A DNA stretch of 38,461 bases from a virus (Duplodnaviria > Caudoviricetes). The stretch spans positions 1 to 38,461 of IMG/VR virus record IMGVR_UViG_3300031991_000113. One strand, given 5' to 3'. Each line of letters begins with the position of its first letter. The first letter of the stretch is position 1. A program made the translations under genes and the position numbers. This document shows, in pieces, positions 24,414-32,032 of this stretch. The notes beneath the pieces are model-generated. The model saw only the letters and a list, made by a program, of their open reading frames with translations. It did not search any database and was not told where the DNA came from.

Positions 24414-24917
24414 TCAGGAAGCCGTCTCGGGTTCCGGCGCATCGACATTGAACATGCCGGTGAGCCGCGCCTCGATGAGTTGTTCGACATCGGCGTTGGT
24501 CAGGCTGAAATGCGCGAGAGCGTCCGGCACGCGATCGAGGAGATAATTCGCCGCGTCGGCGACCACCGCGCTCTTCACGTCGATCGAGATCGGCTGTCGA
24601 CCGAGCCTCTCGCTCGCCTTGAGCGTCGCCCAGCCTACCGCCGAGTCGAGCGCGGTGTTGAGGTAGGCGCGCGTCGATGCGTCGAGTTCGATCCCGGTCT
24701 TGGTTTCGAGATAGCCGGTCAGCGCCTTGACGCCGACGCGGGCGATGGCGGCAACCGCCGCCGCGAGGGCGGCGAGGACGAGTGTCGCAACCGACTGGAA
24801 GTCGATCGACGTCGAGGCGGCAGCGGCATCGGCGGCAAAGGCCGCCGGCGAAAGAACGGCGACGAACGCCAGCGCGAGAAGAGCGCCGGCGACAAAGAGA
24901 AAGGCTCTCTTGAACAT
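24414..24917 (-). CDS. Putative holin (LL-H-like) with two N-terminal hydrophobic segments
   Basis: Follows the endolysin; hydrophobic segments then KTGIELD...LNTALDSAV...YLLDRVPDAL. Confidence 0.6.
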   Translation of the reverse strand: MFKRAFLFVAGALLALAFVAVLSPAAFAADAAAASTSIDFQSVATLVLAALAAAVAAIARVGVKALTGYLETKTGIELDASTRAYLNTALDSAVGWATLKASERLGRQPISIDVKSAVVADAANYLLDRVPDALAHFSLTNADVEQLIEARLTGMFNVDAPEPETAS

Positions 24918-24926
24918 TGGAGGTTC

Positions 24927-25412
24927 CTAGATGTTTGGCGCGACGAGGCGCTGATAGGCGTTGATGAAGTCCGCCGGCCGGCCCGCGCCGAGCGGCGTGT
25001 TGTAGACCTGCTTCCACACGCGGGCGTGGCCTGCCACGTCGCCGGGAGCCGCGAGCTTGACGGGTGAGCGCCAATAGACGAGACGCGCAATCGCGGTGGC
25101 GAAGAAGAGATTGCCGATGAGCTGTTCGCGCTCGGCCGGGACGGAGCCCGTGAGCGAGCGCACGCGCTTCGCGAGGTCGCGGCGCGAATTGAGATAGTTC
25201 GCCTTGATGTCGAGGAAGGTGTCGGGTTCGATCTGGTAGATGCCGACCGCCGGGCCGCCATTCATCTGGACGAGGTGCTGGAAGCCGCTCTCGGTTGCGG
25301 CCGTGCCGAGCAGAAGCTCGACGGCGCTTGCGGACGCAAAGCCGCCATCGACCGAGCCCACATAGTTGAGCGTCGGATGTATGATCTCGTCGCGGAGCTG
25401 GCGAATGTTCAT
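24927..25412 (-). CDS. Endolysin, lysozyme-like fold
   Basis: LLLGTAATESG (catalytic Glu), GPAVGIYQIEP, WKQVYNT..GAG; first gene after mor. Confidence 0.82.
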   Translation of the reverse strand: MNIRQLRDEIIHPTLNYVGSVDGGFASASAVELLLGTAATESGFQHLVQMNGGPAVGIYQIEPDTFLDIKANYLNSRRDLAKRVRSLTGSVPAEREQLIGNLFFATAIARLVYWRSPVKLAAPGDVAGHARVWKQVYNTPLGAGRPADFINAYQRLVAPNI

Positions 25413-25418
25413 GCGCCT

Positions 25419-25466
25419 ACGATGACGGCGGCGCGGAGGATCGTTCAGGCTGAACCGCTTCCGCCG
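25419..25466 (-). promoter_or_regulatory. Late (lysis) promoter, Plys-equivalent
   Basis: Same 20-bp box as 18365-18384, same 21-nt spacer, then T + CATCGT, 6 nt before the endolysin ATG. Confidence 0.75.
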
Positions 25467-25882
25467 TCGGATTTGGCGGCGTCTGTATCGGCGGCGGGTT
25501 GGGCGGAAAACATGTCTAGCTGACGATCGTCCGGCCGCATAGAGGCGCGGCAATACCGGACCCAGCGCGCCGTCACCGCGAACTTCCGGGCAACTTCCGC
25601 AACCGGCCCCCTTGCTTCGGCGATCAAGGGCTTCTTGTGCCTGACGCCCGCGAGCGCGGCGATCTCCAGCTTCTCGCCCGCATAGTGCTGGACGAGGATT
25701 TCAGCGGCCGTCAAACCGGCGATCTGCGCGAAGGGCTTGTCCGGGTCGACGTGCTGTGGCACGTAGACGCCGTCACCGCCATAGGCATCGACGAGCCTGA
25801 GCGTGGCGGCCAGGCCGATCATCTCCGCGAGCTTCACGAGGGACGCTGGCCACCCGCGCATCGGGTTCGGTGTGTCAGTCAC
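25445..25882 (-). CDS. mor: Mor/C family late transcription activator
   Basis: LAEMIG..ATLRLV..YGG..VYVP, C-terminal HTH VAEVARKFAVTARWVR; position before the lysis genes. Confidence 0.85.
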   Translation of the reverse strand: MTDTPNPMRGWPASLVKLAEMIGLAATLRLVDAYGGDGVYVPQHVDPDKPFAQIAGLTAAEILVQHYAGEKLEIAALAGVRHKKPLIAEARGPVAEVARKFAVTARWVRYCRASMRPDDRQLDMFSAQPAADTDAAKSDGGSGSA

Positions 25883-26552
25883 GGCGCGCCTCCAGGAGCG
25901 CGCGAAGCGCCGCGCCCTGTACCGCGATCAGCTTGTCGGCCGCCGTCGCGGACAGCATGTGTTCATAGGCGAAAGTCGGCTGATAGCCGAGCGCGCGAAG
26001 CTTTCGCCGCTGTGCCTCGATGACGCGCGTCCGGTCGTTGAAGCCGAGCACGCGGCCGGATGCGTCCTTGTAAGGCGCCCAGCTCACGCCGCCATCGCGA
26101 ACGGCGCGCTCTTTCAGCGCCTCGATGACCTTGGAGGCAGCTTCGCCATGCAACCATTGAAGCGCCGCGATGCCGGTTTCCTTGCCGCCGGTGACGCGAC
26201 GCGCAAAGCCCGCAAGGGCCTCCTCCGAGGGATCGGGGATCGCGCCGAGGTGCCAGAGAGACAGCCATAGCGCGCGCATTTTTCGTTGTTCACCGCCTTG
26301 CGCGAGCGCCCGACCCGTTTTCGCCTTCTTGTTCGCCTTCTGGGGCGTGAAACCTTGACCCTTGAAATGCTCGACGAGGTCGACCAGCTCGGCCTCGCTC
26401 ATTTCCGTTCGACTTCTTTTGCCGTAGCGCTGGCCAAGAAGATCGCGAAAGGTATCGTTGTCGAGGCCAAGTTCCTTCTTGGCGATCTCGGTCTTCCCGT
26501 AGAGCGCGCGGCGCGTGCCGGAGATCGCCGGCTTCGTCGAAACCTTGCTCAT
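25875..26552 (-). CDS. gemA: GemA / Mu gp16 (DUF1018) protein
   Basis: IAKKELGLD.DTFR.LL....GK.S...MS..EL.....HFK..GF, KMRALW..L, LAGFARR, KVIEALK. Confidence 0.88.
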   Translation of the reverse strand: MSKVSTKPAISGTRRALYGKTEIAKKELGLDNDTFRDLLGQRYGKRSRTEMSEAELVDLVEHFKGQGFTPQKANKKAKTGRALAQGGEQRKMRALWLSLWHLGAIPDPSEEALAGFARRVTGGKETGIAALQWLHGEAASKVIEALKERAVRDGGVSWAPYKDASGRVLGFNDRTRVIEAQRRKLRALGYQPTFAYEHMLSATAADKLIAVQGAALRALLEARRD

Positions 26553-27040
26553 TCTTTGGTCTCCGCGATCTCCGGCCCGGCGCGATCGACGCCGACGAGC
26601 GCCGCGATGCGGGGCTCCAACGCCGTGCGAAGGGCGACGATATGCGCGACCCTTTCGTCGTTCCGGCGCCGCCACTCGTCGATCGAGCGGAGCGCATGGA
26701 TGACCGACGTGTGGTCGCGGTGGAAGAACCTTCCGACACGTGACAGGCTGTAGCCCGTCAGTTCGCAACCGAGGTAGATAGCGGTCCACCTTGGCGTGAC
26801 GTAGACGGCGGAGCGCCGGGGCCCCCGGATTTTCTCGACCGACACGTCGAAATATCGCGAGACCGCCTCGACGATCTCACGCAGCGGGCCGCCGAGCTTG
26901 TTCTCGACAAGCGCGCGGGCGATCGTGAGAGAGAGTTGCGAGACGTTCTGGTTCAGCATTGCGACTTGGGCGGCCATTGCTTCGAGCGTTTGCACGGGCG
27001 ACGGGGATCGAGGTGGGATGTTGGAACGATGATCGGTCAT
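26549..27040 (-). CDS. DnaA domain IV-like HTH protein
   Basis: IVEAVSRYFDVS...I.GPRR...VTPRWTAIYL..ELTGYSLSRVGRFFHRDHTSVIHA. Confidence 0.82.
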   Translation of the reverse strand: MTDHRSNIPPRSPSPVQTLEAMAAQVAMLNQNVSQLSLTIARALVENKLGGPLREIVEAVSRYFDVSVEKIRGPRRSAVYVTPRWTAIYLGCELTGYSLSRVGRFFHRDHTSVIHALRSIDEWRRRNDERVAHIVALRTALEPRIAALVGVDRAGPEIAETKE

Positions 27041-27276
27041 TGCTTCCTCACGGGTGTGACGCGGATGGAGCGCACGACGCTCGACGACAGGCCGGGCGCG
27101 CGCCGCCGCCAGACGAAGCGGAACGACACATCCGAGTTGCGGTGCAAAAAAGGGCGGGCGGGCGAGCGCAGGACAAATCCCATGCCGGTCAGCATCTCGT
27201 GGAATTCATCGAGACCGGCATCGGCGATGAGCGCGTCGAGCGCAACGGGAGAAAGGTAACGGCCACGGCGGCTCAT
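27037..27276 (-). CDS. Hypothetical basic protein
   Basis: GGAGGA RBS, ATGA overlaps at both ends; MSRRGRYLSP. Confidence 0.65.
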   Translation of the reverse strand: MSRRGRYLSPVALDALIADAGLDEFHEMLTGMGFVLRSPARPFLHRNSDVSFRFVWRRRAPGLSSSVVRSIRVTPVRKQ

Positions 27277-27374
27277 CTGATCAGTCCTCCGACGATCGAG
27301 GCCACACCGACCCACCAAGGCAGGGCAACAAGCAGCCCTAGGAGAATGGCGAAGAACCAGCCGCGCGTGCTCAT
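27273..27374 (-). CDS. 33-aa single-pass membrane peptide (below the ORF-track cutoff)
   Basis: MSTRGWFFAILLGLLVALPWWVGVASIVGGLIR; GGAGG RBS, ATGA overlaps on both sides. Confidence 0.7.
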   Translation of the reverse strand: MSTRGWFFAILLGLLVALPWWVGVASIVGGLIR

Positions 27375-27856
27375 GAGCGATCCTCCGGGCACGTCCGGTC
27401 CGTGTCGTCAAGGCGCGCGACCTCTGTGCCTGTCAACGTCGTAAGGATACCGGGGTCGCTCATCGCGCCGTTGGCGGCCGACCACTCCGAAATCTTCTTC
27501 GGCAAGGACTGCTCGAAGCGGCGACTGGCGCGTTCGTCATACCGGCCGAGCTTCGTGACGCCGTGGAACACAAAGCGCGCGCCGGGCGCGTAACAGACGT
27601 TCCTGTGGCGGAGAACGAGGATGCAGGCGCTCGCGCATGTGCCGACCACATGCACCTGCACACCTTCAAGAGCCATTCTGAGGAAAGCGGCGTCGGCGAC
27701 GGTGACGGTGCCGCCGAGGCTCCAGTCGATGACGAACACCTTGCCGTGAGCCTTGCGCGCGGCGGCGAGCATGGCGGCGTCAGGTGCGCCGTAATAGGCC
27801 GTGGTGCAAGCGGCAAGAGCCAAAGCCGCCGCGCAGGCGAGGAACCGCTTCATCAT
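27371..27856 (-). CDS. Lipoprotein with a ClpP/crotonase-like peptidase domain
   Basis: Lipobox LAA-C; SLGG, GTCASAC, ARFVFH. Confidence 0.7.
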   Translation of the reverse strand: MMKRFLACAAALALAACTTAYYGAPDAAMLAAARKAHGKVFVIDWSLGGTVTVADAAFLRMALEGVQVHVVGTCASACILVLRHRNVCYAPGARFVFHGVTKLGRYDERASRRFEQSLPKKISEWSAANGAMSDPGILTTLTGTEVARLDDTDRTCPEDRS

Positions 27857-28260
27857 GCGCCCCCCCATGCCGCGAGAAGCGCGGCGAAGTCGGACCAGCG
27901 CAATTGCCGCGTGGCCGCGATGACGCCGAGGGTCACCTCGGAACCTTCGATCTCCTCGGGCTCGGTCTCGAAACGGCGGTGCGTCGCGATGGCGTGGCGA
28001 ACGCGGACGCCAACTTCGGCGGCGCGGAGGAATGGCGTAACGGCCTCCTCCTGCTCGGCAGTGGCCCGTTTCTCTTGACGGCCGGTGGCTTCGACCGCGC
28101 TGAGCGTCTGGCGCACCTCGCCAAGCAGCTTCATATGCAGATCGCGCTCCGATCTGCCGCGAGGATCGGAGGCGTCTAGCCGCGCGTAAACACGGCGTCG
28201 CTGCGCCAGCTCATAGTCGATCTCGGCTATCTGGGCGGTGAGCGAAGAACGGGCTGTCAT
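27853..28260 (-). CDS. Hypothetical phage protein
   Basis: QIAEIDYELAQRRRVYAR motif; ATGA coupling. Confidence 0.7.
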   Translation of the reverse strand: MTARSSLTAQIAEIDYELAQRRRVYARLDASDPRGRSERDLHMKLLGEVRQTLSAVEATGRQEKRATAEQEEAVTPFLRAAEVGVRVRHAIATHRRFETEPEEIEGSEVTLGVIAATRQLRWSDFAALLAAWGGA

Positions 28261-28541
28261 TCCCGGCCCTCCGCCTTCGCGATCGCCGCACGTCCTTCGG
28301 GAAAGCCGGAGATGCTCTCGGCGCTCCGCGTCACTGCCTCTTTCTCGACGCTCTTCATCAGGAGTTTGCAGGCTTTCAGAAGATCGGGTGCGGCGGAGAT
28401 CAAGCGGGCGTTGGCCTCTCCGCATTCCGCGCGGTCGCTGTGCTCGCCGCCGTAGGCCACAGCGATATTCGGATCGATGAGGTGGCCGAACCCAAGTCGG
28501 CCGGCATATAGCCACGGCTCCTTCGTGTATCCATTGCTCAT
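28257..28541 (-). CDS. Hypothetical phage protein (PW...ANARLIxAAPDLL family)
   Basis: Widespread phage early-gene motif EANARLISAAPDLL...AAIAKAEG. Confidence 0.78.
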   Translation of the reverse strand: MSNGYTKEPWLYAGRLGFGHLIDPNIAVAYGGEHSDRAECGEANARLISAAPDLLKACKLLMKSVEKEAVTRSAESISGFPEGRAAIAKAEGRE

Positions 28542-28735
28542 CTCTTCCCAAGCTCCTCGCGTAAAATGTCCAGGACGGTCCGTTGAAGGTTTTGCTCTGC
28601 GGCTCTGACGCCGCCGTGTGAGGCCCGCGCCAATCGCACACGGCGGCGGGCCTCTTCGATGCGGGCGGCGTTCGCCCGGTTGAAGAGGTCGGAAGTGTCG
28701 GCGTTGCGGTGAGCGCGGCGCGACATTCCGGCCAT
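28538..28735 (-). CDS. Hypothetical protein
   Basis: Fills the gap exactly; ATGA overlap with the downstream gene. Confidence 0.55.
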   Translation of the reverse strand: MAGMSRRAHRNADTSDLFNRANAARIEEARRRVRLARASHGGVRAAEQNLQRTVLDILREELGKR

Positions 28736-28737
28736 CC

Positions 28738-29415
28738 TCACTCGGCGGCGTCGCGCGCCGCCGGCGGGAGTTCCGCCGAGGCGATGGAGATCGTCACCTT
28801 CTCCCACGTGTCGGTCGGCCGGGCGCGGCGGCGGAAGCGGATATAGGTTTTGCTCCGCTCCGTCTTCATCGAGTCCTTGAGCGCCCGTTGCGCTTCGCGC
28901 CAGCGCGGATCGTCGACCTCGGTGCGGAGGAGACGGAAAATCAGGTCGCGCGAGACGTGGCCCGTTTTCTCGGTGTTGAACGCGTCCTGAAGGAGCTGGC
29001 GGATCGCAGGATGCGCGCCCGCGCCCCACTCCGAAAGACAGGTGTCGAAGAGTTCCTTGGCCGTCTGGAGTTCCGGTCCGTAGGTCACGAAGTCCGCGAC
29101 CGCCACCAGAACTTGCAGGCATCCGTCGAAGGACGTGAAGCTCATGTTGCCCTTGACGCCGCCCTTTGCCTTCGCGCCGTACTTCTCGGCGACGAGAGCC
29201 AGATGCGAGCCGATATCGTCGAAGCAATGGCCCTTGAAGCGCGCGATTTGCTCGTGCAATTCGTCGGCGTAGTCGAAGATCATGCGCACGAGCTGGTCTT
29301 CGAGCTTGTCGGTGTCGCGGACATTCTCAAGCGGGGTGTAGCGCCCGCGCGTGTCCGTCATGTGCGGCTTGCCGTTGATGTCGATCAGTCCGGTCGTGAG
29401 AGCGAGTGTGGTCAT
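28738..29415 (-). CDS. DUF3164 family protein
   Basis: HMTDTRGRYTP..NVR..DKLED, EKYG...GGVKGN.SF.SFDG, KTYIRF. Confidence 0.88.
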   Translation of the reverse strand: MTTLALTTGLIDINGKPHMTDTRGRYTPLENVRDTDKLEDQLVRMIFDYADELHEQIARFKGHCFDDIGSHLALVAEKYGAKAKGGVKGNMSFTSFDGCLQVLVAVADFVTYGPELQTAKELFDTCLSEWGAGAHPAIRQLLQDAFNTEKTGHVSRDLIFRLLRTEVDDPRWREAQRALKDSMKTERSKTYIRFRRRARPTDTWEKVTISIASAELPPAARDAAE

Positions 29416-29417
29416 GG

Positions 29418-29702
29418 TCAGTTCCAGCCTTTTCCGGGTTCGCGAGCGGTGGTGCTCGTGGTGGTGAGGATGTGAATGGCGAGGCAGGTGGCGCCGATGC
29501 GGTCCCACTCGGCTTTCTTGGCCCGCTTGGCCGCTCGCTCGGCGAGCCGTTTGCGGTGGGCTTCGGCGAGACGCGCCCGCTCCTCGATGCCTTCGAGCCG
29601 CGCCCGGCGGATATGAGCCATCAGGTCGCGGACGAACGCGAAGGCGTCTGGGAGACGGCGTTCCACGTGAAACGTCCGAAGTCGTTCAACGATTGCCGGC
29701 AT
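29418..29702 (-). CDS. Hypothetical protein
   Basis: Fills the operon gap on the coding strand; exact start uncertain. Confidence 0.5.
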   Translation of the reverse strand: MPAIVERLRTFHVERRLPDAFAFVRDLMAHIRRARLEGIEERARLAEAHRKRLAERAAKRAKKAEWDRIGATCLAIHILTTTSTTAREPGKGWN

Positions 29703-29958
29703 GGGCGGTCTCCAGATAGCCGTACTCGCCGAGGTGCTCGGCGAAGTGGTCGAGATCGTTCTGCGCCTTCGCGAGCCGACCGGGGGTCTTTCCGTCCGCG
29801 CACTTCTCGATCGACACGACGGCCGTCGCGCCGTGGAGTTCCCGCGAAGAAACAGTCGCCAGCTCGGGTCGCTGTCTCGCCGCCAGAACGCGGCGGGCGA
29901 CGTCGAGAACTCTGATTGGCGCGGGAGCGGCCTGATTGAGAGGGATCGTCCCGCTCAT
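29686..29958 (-). CDS. Hypothetical protein
   Basis: GGAGG RBS and ATGA overlap at 29955-29958 (MSGTIPLNQ). Confidence 0.6.
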   Translation of the reverse strand: MSGTIPLNQAAPAPIRVLDVARRVLAARQRPELATVSSRELHGATAVVSIEKCADGKTPGRLAKAQNDLDHFAEHLGEYGYLETAHAGNR

Positions 29959-30215
29959 GCCGCGCCTCCGTCGGCCGCGTGGCCCGATGCCGTGCGCGGC
30001 CTGGTGAACGGGACGACATTGCCCGGAAGCTCTTCCCCGCGAACGCCGCGAGCATGGCCGGGGACGACCGTGGTTTCGAGCTGCTCCACCCGCTCGGCGA
30101 GCGAGGAGAAGTTGGCGTCGAAAGCCCGCATGAAGCCCGGTGGGAGCTGTCCGGCGTTGTAGTGCGCCATCAGCGCCCGCACGGCGCTGCGCATATCGTT
30201 CGAGATGCTCATCAT
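29955..30215 (-). CDS. Hypothetical protein
   Basis: GGAGG RBS, ATGA coupling, NVVPF motif common in phage early proteins. Confidence 0.65.
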   Translation of the reverse strand: MMSISNDMRSAVRALMAHYNAGQLPPGFMRAFDANFSSLAERVEQLETTVVPGHARGVRGEELPGNVVPFTRPRTASGHAADGGAA

Positions 30216-30595
30216 TTGCCTCCGATGCGGGAATGCGCGCATCCGCCACGGCAGGCGTGATAGAGCTGGATGCGCTGCGGGTTGTGCGGAGCCCAGCCCG
30301 CCTTTTGATTACGCAGGCACATGTCGGTCGGAATTTCGCCGACTGCCGGGCAATTGACGTGCTCGTTCATCAGCGTGCCGCGCACCGCCTGTTCAACGGC
30401 TTCGATGGTGCCGCGTCCCGTGGTGCTGTCCCGGCCGTATTTGTTGGCGAGAACCATGTTGAGCGTCGCGGCGCTGTAGCCGACGCGCGCGCCGGCGGCG
30501 CGTTGTCCCACGCGCTCGCATTCGGCGGCGACGATGCGGACCCAGTCCGGCATGCCGTCACCCCACGATGCGGTGGCCTTCTCGATTGCCTTCAT
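30212..30595 (-). CDS. HTH transcriptional regulator with a C-terminal Cys cluster
   Basis: GQRAAGARVGYSAATLNMVLANKY HTH; CPAVGEI....C...ACRGGCAH; typical of Mu-like early operons. Confidence 0.78.
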   Translation of the reverse strand: MKAIEKATASWGDGMPDWVRIVAAECERVGQRAAGARVGYSAATLNMVLANKYGRDSTTGRGTIEAVEQAVRGTLMNEHVNCPAVGEIPTDMCLRNQKAGWAPHNPQRIQLYHACRGGCAHSRIGGK

Positions 30596-31224
30596 TCCGA
30601 GGTCTCCTCTTGCCAGACGACTTTCCGGGTGTTCGGGTCGAAGACGCTTTTCAGCCGTTGAACCATCGGTGCGCGTGGCCCCGTGTTTTTCACCCGGATG
30701 AAGCGGTAGGCCGCAAGCGAGCGTGGCGTGGCGGGCGTTACGATCTGGAGGTAGCCGGCGCGGTAGAGGTGCTTGACGTAGTCGCGGGCATCGACTTCGG
30801 AGACGGGCGTCGCCTCCGTCGCGGCGGCGACAGCGAGGTCGCGGAAGGTGAAGTCGCCGATGAGCTTCATCGTCCGCCACATCTGCTCGCGGGCAGCACC
30901 TTGGGTCGAAGGCGTGCCGTCCCGCTTGAGCCGGGGCGCTTCGATGCCGACGTCGCGCGCGAGCTTGTAGACCTGCTCTTGAAACCGCGCGTGCGAGCGG
31001 ATGCCGATGGCCGTCGTCTTCGGCGCCCGCTTCCCGACGGTGCCGACATAGCCGCCGCGTTTGAGCGCGGTGAGATAGGTTCGGACCGTCGCTCTTTCTT
31101 CCTTGGTCTCATGCCACAGGTCGACGAGCGTGAAGCGCTTGAGACGCCGCACCGCCTGCCACACGGCTTGCCGGCCGGTGACCTTGTCGGGCGTCATGGT
31201 GAGGTGAACGGGTTTGCGCGCCAT
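30592..31224 (-). CDS. Tandem winged-helix protein following MuB
   Basis: Two repeats of the pattern R(Q/E)xxW..(V/M)....FT..DL...Y...L...GY; start MARKPV overlaps the MuB stop. Confidence 0.78.
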   Translation of the reverse strand: MARKPVHLTMTPDKVTGRQAVWQAVRRLKRFTLVDLWHETKEERATVRTYLTALKRGGYVGTVGKRAPKTTAIGIRSHARFQEQVYKLARDVGIEAPRLKRDGTPSTQGAAREQMWRTMKLIGDFTFRDLAVAAATEATPVSEVDARDYVKHLYRAGYLQIVTPATPRSLAAYRFIRVKNTGPRAPMVQRLKSVFDPNTRKVVWQEETSE

Positions 31225-31964
31225 CACACACGGCCTCGCGGTGCGGGCGCGTCGCCGGTGAAAAAGCCGGCCGGATCGAAGTCGGCAACGCCGACCTTCT
31301 GGAGACGTTGCGTTTGCGCGTGCTCGCGAAGCCGATCGAGATTGACGCAGACGCGGCGGACGCTGCCTCCGGCCTTCTTGTGGAGAGCGTCCATGAGATC
31401 GTCGCTGACCTCGACCCCTTTGCAGTAGAGCTTCGAGAGATGCTTGGCGTCGCTGATCGAGGCGGGCTGCGCCGCGACCCAATCGAGCATGCGGCCGTGA
31501 ACTCGTTCCCAGCGCTTGAGGCTGCCCGGCAAGTTCTCTTCGCCGATGAGGATGATGGAGGCCTGACTGCTCTCGTAGATGTCGCGAACGATCTCGATCA
31601 TGCCCTTGGCGACCAGAATGTCCGCTTCGTCGACAAGGAGCGGCCGGCGCGAGAGCGAAAGCTGCTCACCGATCTGATCGACCATTTCGGGGATCGTCGC
31701 GGCCGGCTTGATATCCATCTCTTGCAGGATGGCGAGGCAGAGCTTTTTCCGCGTCCAGACCGATTTCACCTGCACGTGGTAGGCGCGGTACTTGTTCGCC
31801 GCATAGATTGCCGCGAAGCTCTTTCCGAACCCGGAGAACCCATTGAAGCAGGCAAGTCCCGGAAGCCCGGCCGAGCGGCGTTGCACGCGCTCGACTAGCT
31901 CCGCGAGCAGCGACACGTTGCGCAACGGAGCGATGGTGTTGACGTCGGATGTTTCTTTTGTCAT
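31224..31964 (-). CDS. MuB-like transposition AAA+ ATPase
   Basis: Walker A GFSGFGKS, Walker B LLVDEAD, ILIGEE. Confidence 0.93.
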   Translation of the reverse strand: MTKETSDVNTIAPLRNVSLLAELVERVQRRSAGLPGLACFNGFSGFGKSFAAIYAANKYRAYHVQVKSVWTRKKLCLAILQEMDIKPAATIPEMVDQIGEQLSLSRRPLLVDEADILVAKGMIEIVRDIYESSQASIILIGEENLPGSLKRWERVHGRMLDWVAAQPASISDAKHLSKLYCKGVEVSDDLMDALHKKAGGSVRRVCVNLDRLREHAQTQRLQKVGVADFDPAGFFTGDAPAPRGRV

Positions 31965-32032
31965 TTTCTCGTCTCTAGCTTTCTCTGTTGATTGCGGCGC
32001 TCCCCGTTTCCGGCGAGGAGCGTCGTTTCGTT

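Noticed and set aside
27842-27851. Partial late-promoter box GAACCGCTTC
   Set aside because: It encodes MKRF of the lipoprotein start and lacks the flanks and a spaced -10
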